Source: Takakia lepidozioides (taxonomy: Eukaryota; Plantae; Bryophyta). From it: a stretch of DNA of 64,000 bases. Positions 11,527-24,563 of this stretch are shown piece by piece. Position 1 is the first letter of the stretch. Every line of letters starts with the position of its first letter. The stretch spans positions 33,294,001 to 33,358,000 of the forward strand of contig CM060733.1 in assembly GCA_030704615.1 (NCBI GenBank), in the 5' to 3' direction. The translations under genes were made by a program, and so were the position numbers. The notes under the pieces are model-generated. The model saw only the letters and a list, made by a program, of their open reading frames with translations, was not told the origin of the DNA and ran no database searches.

Positions 11527-13253
11527 GATCCAATCTGGGCTCGGCTCCCCATCGCCTTCTCCTTTCACTTCTCTAATGTAAAGCAAAAATTGGGCTCGTG
11601 TGCCTCCTCCACGGCCCACTCCTTTGCTGACAGAAGGTTTATTCGCCCTCCCACGGATTTGGGCGTTTCCGACACTCGTAAAACCTCGCCACCATTCCCA
11701 CATGGCAGCGTGACTACTCTTTTGCGGCCATCTATGACCGCTCCGGATTTCCTCAAAAGGTCATCCCCAAAATGAGATCCACTCCATCGATCTCGCAGAT
11801 GGTGAAGTTCTCACGTCCCTCCCAACTCTTCAGTTGAAGAGGAACATCAAACGCCAACCTTGTCGCCAACTGTGGTTCTCCTTTGGCAGAACGCACCTCA
11901 ATAGAGGCCCCCACGTCACTTGTCGGGAGTCCCAACTTTCGCGCCGCCGCCGGCGTCATGAAGGAGTGCGACGCTCCTGTGTCCACCAACAACGACACGT
12001 TAGTTCCGGATATTATCCCATCCACGAACAATAACTGACTCCCTTTACGCAGGGCGCCAGTTTCTTGATACAACTCACAAGAATAGTTGCCTACCTTGCA
12101 AGTCCTGGCGACCACCGCTTCCACCAAGCGACTGATGGTATCTTCCGACAGCTCCGTGGTTGCCCGAGTCATGTTCAATTGTCGAGGTTTTGTGCACTTC
12201 TTGGCCATGTGCCCGGGCTCCCCGCAATTGAAACACACTCCATCAAAGGTCGCCTTCTGTCCGCCATAAGCCGCTCCACCCGCTTTTCCTTTCGAAGCAC
12301 CGGGTGCCGCCTTGACGTGTGAAGGCCCTCCCTTCGATTTCCACGTGCCATTGTCGCCGCGTGGCCTATCCCACTTCTTTTCCGGTCGGGAGGAGTCACC
12401 TTCCCACCGGGTCTTCTTGTGGTTCAGCTCCGTATGGCCTTGTCTCTCACCCTAGGGACATCCGAGAAACATTCAGCCCTCTCAATTGCCTCGTTCAAAG
12501 TCTTGGGTGGCTTCTCCTCCAACTTCCGCCTGGCCCATGGGGCCAATACCGCCACAAAGTTGAAGACCATTTCTGGTTCTGCCATGTCCGCGACTTCGAG
12601 CAACAGCACATTGAAAGCCTGGACATACCCCCGAATGTCATCTGTTTGCTTCAAATTCCTCATCTTGTCCCGGGCAAGCCAGGACGCGTTGAGGGGCACA
12701 AACTGTCTCTTCATCAATTCCTTGAACCCACTCCAGTTCAAGGTTTCCGGGCTTGGGCCTCGGTCATGAAGGCGTTTCTGCCACCATTGTTGAGCATAGC
12801 CCCTCAAATAGGTGGAGCCACTTCCACCCGATCCTCGTCACTCAACTTAGCCGCCCGGAAGTACTGCTCTAGCTCCAGGAGCCAGGTGTTGAGTGCCTTC
12901 TGATTTCGGATGCCCTCGAAGGTGTCGGGTTCCTTAGGCTTCACCTTAAACTTTGCCTTAGTGGAAGTGGCATTAGCCGCCTTCAACACGTCTTTCAACG
13001 TCCCGCCAAACTGCACCAACAACCCTTCCCAAAAGGCTGCCGGCATGGGAGGCATCTGTTGGTCGGTCGGAGCTCTCACGGATTCCTCGGGCTCCGACTC
13101 CTCGGATTCCTCCCGCTCTTGAGCGGCCTCGCTTTCAGAAACCTGCGTCGCTTCCTCAAACGGCCGCTTCGGTGACACGTCGCCCCCATCGGGCTCACCA
13201 GGATCATCATCTTTTGGGCCGTTCCGCTTTCGCTTTGGCTTGCCCGACCCCAT
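11527..13253 (-). pseudogene. Ty3/gypsy gag-protease (frameshifted)
   Basis: Gag (KPKEPDTFEG...WLLELEQYF, YAQQWW), zinc knuckle CFNCGEPGHMAKKC and aspartic protease LVDTGAS...DLILG, split over ORFs 12804-13307, 12424-12807 and 11753-12238. Confidence 0.9.
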
Positions 13254-13293
13254 GATGAGGCCAATCCCAAGGACGATCGCGTACTGAACTCTA

Positions 13294-13306
13294 AGCTCTG
13301 ATACCA
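13294..13306 (-). promoter_or_regulatory. Primer-binding site (tRNA-iMet) of gypsy element
   Basis: Minus strand tggtatcagagct, 2 nt from the LTR end. Confidence 0.9.
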
Positions 13307-13308
13307 AG

Positions 13309-13999
13309 TGTCGCGCACCTCAGTTCGATAAGCTCCCCTTCAAGTCATAGTTACTCGCTTTGATGCGCGCGCCTGACTCCCAACCTGACCGCCCGCCCGG
13401 GACATAACGGTCCCACTAAACCCTCCACCTATTTGGAACTAGGAGAATTCCCTTTGGTAGATGGCAGTCCGGAACAGCTCCCCACTCTTTGGTCGCTTTC
13501 CGGCTCGCTCGCTTACCCACTAGTTTTTGGTCACCAACGGGCTTGCACCGTTCTCGGGGTCACTACTCCCCTTATATATACTTCAGTAGCTGTCCGCGGG
13601 GTTTCACAACCAGCCATGCCATTTTATGGTGAACCACCACGAAAACCCTCGACTCCCGGTGATGAGTCGCGGTGAGTCTTGGCCCACTCACTACGGCCCC
13701 TATGGACCGTGATGAGTCCCACGACTCCCCACGACTCCCACCATGAGGTCTCCGCCCCCATGGTGAGTCCTATGCCACCCCCACTAAGTCCCGCTAAGCT
13801 ACCACCACCCCTTGTGGAGCCACCCCCACCGCAACCCGGTGTGCGAGGCTCCACCTAGTGAGCGCCTCCGCCCCCTTGGGTGCCTTGGGCACTCAAGGGT
13901 GCTTCAGCCCCCCATACCTATCGCTGCCGCTGCCCCCACCACAGGGGCAACCCCTCATGTGTCCCGACCCCCTTGCCCTCAAGGCAAAGGGCCGCGACA
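13309..13999 (-). mobile_element. 5' LTR (691 bp) of gypsy element inserted into a subfamily-2 MULE transposase
   Basis: Termini tgtcgcg...cgcgaca; TATA-like tatataag at ~13571-13578 (minus). The flank ctctcgcaagg resumes transposase sequence matching 26049-26059. Confidence 0.88.
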
Positions 14000-16418
14000 C
14001 TCTCGCAAGGCCGCCGCCCACTTCCGAGGATTCTTCGATCTAGAGGCAGTCCGCATCAGCATTTTCTGCCTGTCCGGCCCCAAGCCCCACTGTTTCCCTT
14101 TCAAGAACTCGTTGTACCTGCATTGCTGCATAATTGACCTCACAATGTCCTCCGTTGTGGCAGTGAGGATGTCCACAAGATGTGCCGCAGAGGAGGCACG
14201 CCAGGAAGAGTGCACTGATTCGGCCATGTTTGTCGTGGGCATGTCGGTGTCGGAGTCGAGACACATTTCCTGCACAAGCACATGTTGAGGTTACAAGCAA
14301 GTTACAAATATGGCCAAGAATAATATTCAACGGGACGAGAATTCGTGAAACTCACATCCTCCAATGAAACGATAATGCCACCATGCTAGCCAACTGACCA
14401 TTGCTCCCTCGTTTGATTTCCTTACAGCACCTGACGATGTCCACCAAGCCCGTATACATGCAAACTGTGTCTCTGCATCATCCAAGGTGGGAGCGCGCTT
14501 CCACGCAAGGCACATGGAACGGTGCTCCTCTCTGAAATCTGGCGCCACGAGCCTGGTTGTGTACTGAAAAGGCTCTGCAGAAAATGGAACCCACAAGATC
14601 TCTCCTTGCCTTCCATGGGAACATTGGGGGTTGCCCGTACAACCCTTCGGATGGCAGCCCAATTTGCTTGTGCGTTGTCCGCCATGAAACCACGGAAATT
14701 GGAGGGGGCAATCCCGCCTTGGCCATCTGTTCGTTTATTCCCTGCCAAAGAAGCATCTCCGATTGTGTCCTCTCCTTTCATCTCACAAATAGCAATTGTC
14801 ATTAGCATCCTGTGTGTGGGTGTCGTAGACATGTGCACCCATTGTCACCCACTGGTGATTTGTAATTCGCTTGATATGGTCGAACATGACCCAACTGTTT
14901 GACAAGTCCCCACTCGTCATCCTGTCGACCAGTTCGACGCCGCTGCCAGGTCCACACGTGGACATTTTGAATACGAAACAACGATCTGCCTCAGTCCCTT
15001 GTCCTGGAAACCTACTTCCATGAATGTAGTCATATCCACATCGTCGCTTCACCTCCAGAATGGAGTGCATATCCGAGCCACGCCCAATTTTCTTTGCATG
15101 AGACAATGTGGTTTCGGACATTCGGTGAACATACGTGGGACACCGACTCCAGCAATGCCTCCATTTCCTTTCATCGAGAGGAACTCTATCGGAGCCGTCT
15201 TCCGACATAATTCTGGCCAATGCCATCTTATGGGCGGCTTGGAGCTGTATCTGTTTGGGTTTGGCACCCGGTCTCAACTTAACCTCCTCCTGAACGAGCT
15301 GCTCTGCTTCGTGGGCAGCCTCCCGCGAGTTCCCCCTCGCCAATTTGTGACAATGGGAACCAACGTGTATGCAAGCTCGGGTGAGGTCAGGGAAACGGTG
15401 CAACACATAGAACTGCTTGGCATTACAAACAGACATGCAGTGTGGTGGTTCTTTGCAATGCGCACACTTAAATGTGGAGTTCGGAAACCTTCTCCTGAGC
15501 TCGAAATGGTTGATGAGCTGTGCCTGTCCAATCGGTCTCGTTCCTGTGACCTCTGGATTTAAAGTGGAAGCAAGTTGGGGAGAAACACCGCAACGCGCCC
15601 GCACAAACAACGTAGCGCACCGCACACCATCGAGCATCTTCATGCTGGTGGTTTTGGTAACGCACCAAGGATGACCGTCATGTTTTCTATCCATATCTGT
15701 CAACATTCCGGACGCCTCGAGTAGTCCGCCCGAGGAGGGAACTCAAAGAAGATATTACCGTCGACGTCGGCGGGAAGGCATGTAACCGATTTAATTGCGA
15801 ACTTGCTGTAGTCCAGCCCGGCCAGCTCCGACCGGTGTCCCTCCAGGTGAAGCCCTCGCAGAATTTCAAGAATAGATCGAACTGCGGTGCTCGTGCTGGG
15901 AATATGACTCCCTCCTCCACTGACGTCCATTGAGGACTTGCCTGATCTCCAGGACGACCTCGGAACTTCCATGACCTCGTCTGAGTCGGACAGGTTGTGA
16001 ACAACCCGGTTCTCGCTCGTCTTCATGGATGGGTTCGGCTCTGGATTTACTTCGTTGCGGACTTCTCTCTTTGAGGTAGCCACTCTCTGATTCGCGGATT
16101 GTTTCGTGGAAGGCGCCAGGATAGAAGGTGCATTTGGCGGGCAAATGAAGTCCCCAACAGCCCTGTATATGACGCTGTCCGATGGTGGAACTCGCCATTC
16201 CCTGCCATCGCCGAAATCATCGTGGAGCACAACAATACTCTCGACAACAAGGCCGTTTGAGTCCTTCCTTTCCTCCTCCAAAAAAACCGACCCCGTTTCA
16301 GGTGGTATCGAACGCACAAATATTTCTCCATCACCCGGCAGATGTCCCCTCTGCACGGAAATGAAGCTCTATGCTCGTGAGGAGGGCAGTACACTGTAGC
16401 GCTCGGGTTTTCCGCCAT
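14000..16418 (-). pseudogene. Subfamily-2 MULE transposase, copy A (frameshifted, interrupted by gypsy LTR)
   Basis: MAENPSAT start; HDGHPW, MFDHIKR, FMADNAQ, CGFH and TNMAESVH motifs homologous to 7363-10876. Confidence 0.88.
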
Positions 16419-16719
16419 GGGAGATGTGCACACAAGACTGCCAGGATGGCGTGCGGGGAAGCTCCCTGGTAGAAGGGGGATGCAGCGATGGGAAGGAATG
16501 CGGTGCCGATTTGTCCGAGCGACGAAGCCTGATCCAAATCCAGGGAGCCAACTATCTCAAAAATCCACAGTCAGAGTGTTAATGAACCTTGTCTCCGGAA
16601 TGCGGCCCCTGGTCTTTGCGCAATAACTGCCAACGGTATGCAGTCAGAAAGTGGGGGGCCGTCCGGATGATGTCGGCTGAAGGGGAGAAGCCGGCACCGT
16701 GCCGTCACATTACTACCCC

Positions 16720-18250
16720 GAATGGAAATTCGGCACCCAATATCCAACAGGGGCCGCACGGATGAAGTCGTCTGGGGCAGAGAGAGATGCCGGCACCTGT
16801 CCGACAGAAACATCCCCCGGATGGAAATTCAGCGCCAAATTTCCATTCGGATCCCCCCAAAGGAAGTCCTGTCGGGGGGTCAGGCCGAAAACTGGCCGAC
16901 ATAAAAACCTCCGCGGATGGAAAAACGGCGCCGAATTTCCATCCGAGGCCTTTCGGATGCAGTCGGCTCGGGGGAAAGGCCGCCATCTGGCCCTCACATT
17001 ACAACCCCCGGACGGAAATTCGGCACCGAATATACAACAGGGGAAGCCCGGATGAAGTCGCCTCGGGCGCAGAGGCCGGCGCGTGTGCGACAGAGAACAT
17101 CCCCTGGATGAGATTCGGCGCCGAATTTCCATCCGGGCCCCCCAAAGGAAGTCGTGTGGGGGTCAGGCCGAAAACTGGCCGGCATAAAAACATCCCCAGA
17201 TGGAAAAACGGCGCCGAATTTCCATCCGGGGCGGTTCGGATGCAGTCGGGGAGGGGGGAGAGGCCGGCACTGGCCGTCACATTTCAACCCCCGGACGGAA
17301 ATTCGGCACCGAATATCCAACAGGGGACGCCGGATGAAGTCCTCGGGCGCAGAGGCCGGCCGTGTGCGACAGAGAACATCCCCTGGATGGAGATTCGGCG
17401 CCGAATTTCCATCCAGCCCCCCCCAAAGAAGTCGTGTCGGGGGGTCAGCCAAAAACTGGACATAAAAACCCCCAGATGGAAAAACGGCGCCGAATTTCAA
17501 TCCGGGCCGTTCCAATGCAGTCGGGGAGGGGGGAGAGGCCGGCACCTGGCCGTCATATTTCAACCCCCGGACGGAAATTCGGCACCGAATATCCAACAGA
17601 GCGGCGGAGAGGCCGGCACCTCTCCGACAGAGACCATCCCCGGATGGAAATTCGGTGCCGAATTTCCATCGGGGCCCCCTCGAAGGAAGTCGCAAAACCT
17701 CCCAGAATGGAAAACGGCGCGAATTTCCGTCCGAGGCTGTTCCGATTTGCCTCTAGCAGTGAAGGATTCCAAGAAAAATCCGAAAAATCAATCGGACACG
17801 CTCAGAATTACCTGCAGGAATGTAATTCAGCGTTTCGAAATTCCTGGCGAATGGAAATTCGGCGCCGAATATCCATACGCCAGCGATCCGACTTACCTGC
17901 TGGATGGAAATTCGGCGCCGGATTTCCATCCAGCAGGGATTCGAATTACCTGCAGGATGAAATTCGGCGCCGGATCTCCATCCATCCGCTCTCTTGCGGA
18001 TGGAAATCCGGCGCCGGATTTCCATCCATCCGCTCCGAATTACCTGCGTCAGGGAAATTTGGCGCGCCGCCCTACCTGCGCGGATGGAAATCCGGCGCCG
18101 GATTTGCATCCATCCGCTTCCGAATTACCTGCGTGAGGGAAATTTTGCATGCCGCCCTACCTTGCAGGATGGAAATTCGGCGCTGAATTTCCATCCTGCT
18201 GCGCTCCGAATTACCTGTAGGATGGAAATTCCGGGCCGAGTTCCGTCGAT
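16720..18250. repeat. Array of subfamily-2 palindromes GGATGGAAATTCGGCGCCGAATTTCCATCC between the divergent genes
   Basis: Dozens of copies embedded in higher-order units of about 300 bp and about 60 bp. Confidence 0.92.
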
Positions 18251-18548
18251 TTTCATCCGACATGGAGGGCTTCATCCGACATTTAATTGCGCAGTTGGGC
18301 AATAAATGTCCACCGCCGTCGTTTTCATTCGGGCTGGCGACACATGGCTTCCTGGATACGTACCCTAATTCTCATGCTAATCTTGGCTTAACATGCTATT
18401 CGAGGCATGTACCCCAAAACGGAGATTTTTTTCCATTTTGGCTGGGACTTATGCCGCCTGAAGGGCGTGGCTCTCCTGAGAGAGACCTCACATCCAGACC
18501 GCGGCGGAAGTTGAAAGCTCTGTACTACGGACGACGGCCAATCTCTCG

Positions 18549-21320
18549 CATGGCCAAACTGAAGCTCCAGCAGGAGATTCCAGTATCTTGCTCACAACCC
18601 GCGCCAACTGAAGCCGAGTACTCTCAGGCAAGCCACTTCTGCTTTCGCTTTTTCGATTTCTTTTTGCTTTCGCTTTGTTGCCTCGCTTTGTTTTTGCATC
18701 TTCATCCTGGCTTCGCTGGATGAGTGAACTTAGATAGTTGAGTGAACCTTACATTGTTTGCAATGCGTGTGCAAATCCGGCAGCTGGAGAAGGCTGCTTG
18801 TGCATGTCATTCTCAGGCAATGGTTGCATTTGTTTTCATTGTTGTTGCATGGCTCTCCATACTTCCTAAACTTGTTATGTTTTCATTTTTGTTACACGAT
18901 TGTTGCTATGGTGGTTGCGCTGCTCGTTGCGATGCTGGTTTTTGCACCGATGTTGGTTTTCACGATTTTGGGAATGACAGAGTGACGACGAGCCCGGCAC
19001 GCTGGTGGTATCATCGACAGCTCCAACTCATCGCATGTTTGAATCGCCCAACTTGGGGCGAGAGGGCAAACTTAAACCTTTTGTTGGTGGACGGGAGGAC
19101 TTGCAACGAGAGTACGACAGAATAGGCATTGGGGAGGTTGGTGCAGGCGGCATGGCAGGTGAAGGGCGTGAGGACATGAGGACAGCAGATCCGGCAATGG
19201 AGGTTGTTCATGCACATGCAGTAGGGCCCGCCCACGCAAAGAAAAAGAAGAAAGCTAAGCACATGCAATCCCCGGCGAGAGAGCCGTCACGGGCTGCGGA
19301 GGGGGGAGTGAGCAGTGCGCGAGGGTGTCAGTTCGCCTCAATCAAAGGTGGTCGTCCTAGAGGGCTCCCCTGCTGCTAGCCCTAGTAAGAAACAGAAAGC
19401 CCGTGAGAGGGCAAAAGAGAGGGCAAAAGAACAGACGAGACAGAATGCTAGCCAGGAGGAAAGAGAAAAGGCCACTGAAGAGGCCAGGGGTGCCCAAATG
19501 ACAGATGCCAATGTAAGCGAGGGACGCACAGAGACGGTGGATCCCTCCAAGACACCACAGAGAGGCAGTAACACACCGGTTAGACCATCGCGGGCAAGAG
19601 CAGCCCCGCAATTACCCATACGGTGGAGAGTGGAGGAGAGGAAAGAACACCAGAAAGAGCACGGATTGTGCAAGTTCGAGGTGAAGCCAGGGAGAGGGCA
19701 GTAGAGACGGGGGAGAGTGCTGGAGGTGGTTTCGCAGGTGGCTGACCCTGTTGAGGAGGACGACAGGGAGCTTTCTGACCAGGATGACATCCTCCCGGAC
19801 ATCCCCAGGCCCCAAACCCGGAGCATACAGGCTGGATTTGGCGGTCCTGGTGGGCTGCCGGAAAACCCCTCTGCAGCAGACGTCATGTCTGAGGCGGATA
19901 TGAAGTTGGCCGCTGCCAAGATGTTGGAGGCAACCCACAGCAACATTGGCAGGGTGCTGGGGGGCATGGTGTACCGGCCAAGCTTCGAATTCCCCTTTGC
20001 CGCTTGGTGTCATTGCAGGTGGTGAGACCTGCCCTCCCAGGCGATATCGACAAGCTGAAATTCTCTTTCCGGGATGGATATCGAATGGGGTCTGCCGCGT
20101 TTTACGTTTCCATTGAGAACGACCACGGAGCTTCTCGTGCCCACACTTCCGATGAGGTGGACAAATGGGGTCCCCATTGGCAAACGCGAAATGAGGAGTT
20201 GAGAGATCGATTGCTAGTGATCCTCTTTTCTAGCACTTGTCCGGTAAGATGTTCTACGTGTGGGACGGCAATCATCGCCTCATGGATGGAGCACATTGCC
20301 CAAGCCCACCCCAACGACCTCGATTGGCATTTCGCCGTGGATTGTGTTGTGGTGAAGGTTGCGGGGCCCAAAGATCGCAGTCTTCTCAAAGCTGCAATGG
20401 CCGACATCAACTCGTAAGCTACAAACCCTCTCGCTTTTGGACTTTGAATTTGGAAGTCATTTCATTGCGAATCCTCATATATGATGAAAATTCCCATTTC
20501 AGTATTGTTTGATGGAAATGTGGCACTGCAGGGTGACTGAGAATGCCTTCATTGCCACCAACTTGTCCCATATGCTCTTCCGAGTGAAGGATGTCGGGAA
20601 GCAGGGGTGCAAGAGTTTGCCAATTCGCTCAGTGCCGACCTCCTGCGCAAGTCGGAGGCAAAGGCAGACGGAACCTGGTATAGGCTGAGCGTCGACGCCA
20701 TGGTGGACTACATATTTCAGGTAAAGCTCCTGACAGTTTTGTTGAGCTAATCTGTCTCTCCTCCCCCAATAGAAGAAATTGTGTTGAGCAGGATCTCTAA
20801 TCTTATGTGCGCATTCTTGACAGACGAAAATACAGCAGGATTTGGCACATGCGCGGAGGTTCTACATGGAGTCAGAGGAGAAGAATCCAACCCTCCCGGA
20901 ACTCGAATCGTATGTCAAAGGTGCGGAGGTGAGGGCCCGCATAAAGTACAAGTCGCGGATGGTAAAGTACGTGGCCATAGCTGATCCCGCCCTTGGTGCC
21001 GACTTTCTGGTGGAGGTGGGGAAGCACTACTCTCGCGCTCTGAAGCCCACGATGACATTGGAGAAGCTCCATCATCTAGCCACATCCTGTGTGGATGCAA
21101 CAGAAAAGGTGATACATTCTTAACCAAATTGTGGTGGCAACAACTCCTTTTTGTGGTGTTTGGCGCTTACGAATATGCTGGGTGGTTGGACAGACCCGGT
21201 GGCTCCAAATCTGGAATGGTTCCCAAAGTACCAGGGACATGTGGAGCTTCCCCAAACCGGACAACTCTCTGACCCCACATTCGACATGTGGATGAACCGC
21301 ATGACATGGTGGTTTCAGGT
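18549..21320 (+). pseudogene. Subfamily-2 ParB-(MTase) cargo gene, 5' part, truncated before the MTase domain
   Basis: IPLCRLVSLQVVRPALPGDIDKL...FYVS...MFYVWDGNHRL...AMADINS|gtaag; downstream exons homologous to the subfamily-1 gene, with frameshifts. Start position approximate. Confidence 0.82.
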
Positions 21321-22039
21321 ACTTCCCCACGCTTCGTTTGGGGCTTCTATTCTAGTAGGGGGTGGATTCATTGTATTTTCACTAGAAGCATTCGTGTCTT
21401 TTTCGAATCGACTGCATGTCCGCCACCACTCCGGGAACCACTTGGTAGTAAACGGGACTACTGGAGAGTCGAAACAGACAAAATTTGAAAAAGCCAAAAT
21501 TGCAAGTGGTTGTAATTACTGCACATGCGACTACAAATTTGCATTCCTAATTCGATTAATGGATAAAGATATTTATTCATTAAAGTGAATATGTAGTCGA
21601 CTCAACGACTCCATGAACCACTGCGCATTCATTGCACCCATGACTCGGCAGCACATTTGCTGATGTGGCTTTCACAAAAAGAGGTAAACAAAATGTGGCC
21701 TTGGGGGAATAAATATTTTAATACATGCTGCCTCCACCTGGCCTGTCTGGCAAGGATGCAAGTGCTGCGTCGGACATGGCGGGACGTGGGAATGCAAATC
21801 CTGACACGGCAAGGCCTTCGTATACTGTGAGCGCGCGTAGTGGCTTCTCAGAACGGTGTGACATCGGGTTCTTGGTCATTCAACATTTACAGAATGTGCT
21901 GGATGGAGGCACGATGGAGCGCACGGAGAGGTAAAGGCTGAAAGCGTTCATTAAGGTTGTGAACTACAATTATATCATGTCCAAAACAGTTTTTCGGTAC
22001 GCAGATGGTGTCATGAGAGATTCTGCGATTTGCGCATAG

Positions 22040-22545
22040 GTGTGATTCCCGTCCCACACAAAGAACATTTTACCCGACATATGGCCGAAGTCTGGATCAC
22101 CCTTCAGCGTTGCCTCGAATTCGTCGTTGCGAGTGTGCCAGTGGGTATCCCAGGTTGACAATTCATCCGCAGTGGGTCCACGAGATTCGTTGTCCTCATT
22201 CTCAAGGGAAACGTAGAAGGCTGGCAAACCTAGACGGTACCCTTCTCGAAATGCGAACTTGAGCTTATCCACATTTCCGGGAAGTGCCTGCCTGACGATG
22301 GGAAGAGAGACCATGCGACAAAGTGGGATTCAAAGAGTCCGCTGGAATACCCTGCTGCCCAGAACTCTGCCAATGCTACTGTGTGTCTCCTCCAACATTG
22401 TATCCGCTGCACTTTGGAATTCCTCCGGAGACATTTCTGCAGGTGGCGGTAGGGGCTGAGCAGCTGGAGCATCCCCAAGTGGAGCTGCACTCTGGGGAAT
22501 CTTTGCGAGCAATTCGGCAATTGCAGAGGCCTCCTCCGGCATCCT
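22040..22545 (-). pseudogene. ParB-like domain fragment of a divergent paralog
   Basis: IPLCRMVSLPIVRQALPGNVDKLKFAFREGYRLG..FYVS...MFFVWDGNH. Confidence 0.82.
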
Positions 22546-24270
22546 GCAGGTAAGTGGAATCCCGGATGGATGGAAATCCGGCGCCGCATTTCCATCCAGC
22601 AGGTAAGTCGGATCGCTGGCGTATGGATATTCGGCGCCGAATTTCCATTCGCCAGGAATTTCGAAACACTGAATTACCTTCCTACAGGTAATTCTGAGCG
22701 TGTCCGATTGATTTTTCGGATTTTTCTTGGAATCCTTCACTGCTAGAGGCAAATCGGAACAGCCTCGGACGGAAATTCGGCGCCGTTTTTCCATTCTGGG
22801 AGGTTTTTACGACTTCCTTTGAGGGGGCCCCGATGGAAATTCGGCGCCGAATTTCCATCTGGGGGATGGTCTCTGTCGGAGAGGTGCCGGCCTCTCCGCC
22901 GCTCTGTTAGATATTCGGTGCCGAATTTCCGTCCGGGGGTTGAAATATGACGGCCAGGTGCTGGCCTCTCCCCCCTCCCCGACTGCATTGGAATGGCCCC
23001 GGATGGAAATTCGGCGCCGTTTTTCCATCTGGGGAAGTTTTTACGACTTCCTTTGAGGGGGCCCCGATGGAAATTCGGCGCCGAATTTCCATCCGGGGAT
23101 GGTCTCTGTCGGAGAGGTGCCGGCCTCTCCGCCGCTCTGTTGGATATTCGGTGCCGAATTTCCGTCCGGGGGTTGAAATATGACGGCCAGGTGCTGGCCT
23201 CTCCCCCCTCCCTGATTGCATTGGAACGGCCCCGGATGGAAATTCGGCGCCGTTTTTCCATCTGGGGAGGTTTTTACGACTTCCTTTGAGGGGGCCCCGA
23301 TGGAAATTCGGCGCCGAATTTTCATCCGGGGGATGGTCTTTGTCGGAGAGGTGCCGGCCTCTCCCTCGCTCTGTTGGATATTCGGTGCCGAATTTCCGTC
23401 CGGGGGTTGAAATATGACGGCCAGGTGCCGGCCTCTCCCCCTCCCCGACTGCATTGGAACGGCCCCGGATTGAAATTCGGCGCCGTTTTTTTCCATCTGG
23501 GGAGGTTTTTATGTCGACCAGTTTTCGGTCTGACCCCCCGACACGACTTCCTTTGGGGGGGGCCGGATGGAAATTCGGCGCCGAATCTCCATCCAAGGGA
23601 TGTTCTCTGTCGCACACGCGCCGGCCTCTGCGCCCAAGGCGACTTCATCCGGGCGTCCCCTGTTGGATATTCGGTGCCGAATTTCCGTCGGGGGGTGTTG
23701 TGACGGCCACGTGCCGGCCTCTCCCCCCTCCCCGACTGCATCCGAACCGCCCCGGATGGAAATTCGGCGCCGTTTTTCCATCTGGGGATGTTTTTATGCC
23801 GGCCAGTTTTCGGCCTCACCCCCCGACACGACTTCCTTTGGGGGGGGGGGCGGATGGAAATTCGGCGCCGAATCTCCATCCAGGGGATGTTCTCTGTCGC
23901 ACACGCGCCGGCCTCTCGACCGAGGCGACTTCATCCGGGCTTCCCCTGTTGTATATTCGGTGCCGAATTTCCGTCCGGGGGTTGTAATGTGAGGGCCAGA
24001 TGGCGGCCTTTCCCCCGAGCCGACTGCATCCGAAAGGCCTCGGATGGAAATTCGGCGCCGTTTTTTCCATCCGCGTAGGTTTTTATGTCGGCCAGTTTTC
24101 GGCCTGACCCCCCGACAGGACTTCCTTTGGGGGGATCCGAATGGAAATTCGGCGCTGAATTTCCGTCCGGGGATGTTCTCTGTCGGACAGGTGCCGGCAT
24201 CTCTGCCCCAGACGACTTCATCCGTGCGGCCCCTGTTGGATATTGGGTGCCGAATTTCCATTCGGGGGTA
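22546..24270. repeat. Subfamily-2 palindrome array, inverted copy of 16700-17950 with extra tandem units
   Basis: Near-identical reverse complement; an ~240-bp unit is repeated about three times at 22770-23500. Confidence 0.9.
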
Positions 24271-24563
24271 GTAATGTGACGGCATGGTGCCGGCTTCTCC
24301 CCTTCAGCCGTCATCATCCGGACGGCCCCCACTTTCTGACTGCATACCGTTGGCAGTTATTGCGCAAAGACCACGGGCCGCATTCCGGAGACAAGGTTCA
24401 TTAACACTCTGACTGTGGATTTTTGAGATAGTTGGCTCCCTGGATTTGGATCAGGCTTCGTCGCTCGGACAAATCGGCACCGCATTCCTTCCCATCGCTG
24501 CATCCCCTTCTACCAGGGAGCTTCCCCGCACGCCATCCTGGCAGTCTTGTGTGCACATCTCCC

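Noticed and set aside
16787-18186. Long ORFs (449 aa, 274 aa) and similar ORFs at 22-24 kb and 39-42 kb
   Set aside because: Translations of GC-rich palindromic repeats, open in many frames on both strands (WKFGAEFPS/MEIRRRIS); not credible proteins.
16720-24270. CRISPR array suggested by regularly spaced palindromic repeats
   Set aside because: The spacers are themselves repeated in higher-order units, there are no cas genes, and the context is a eukaryotic transposon.
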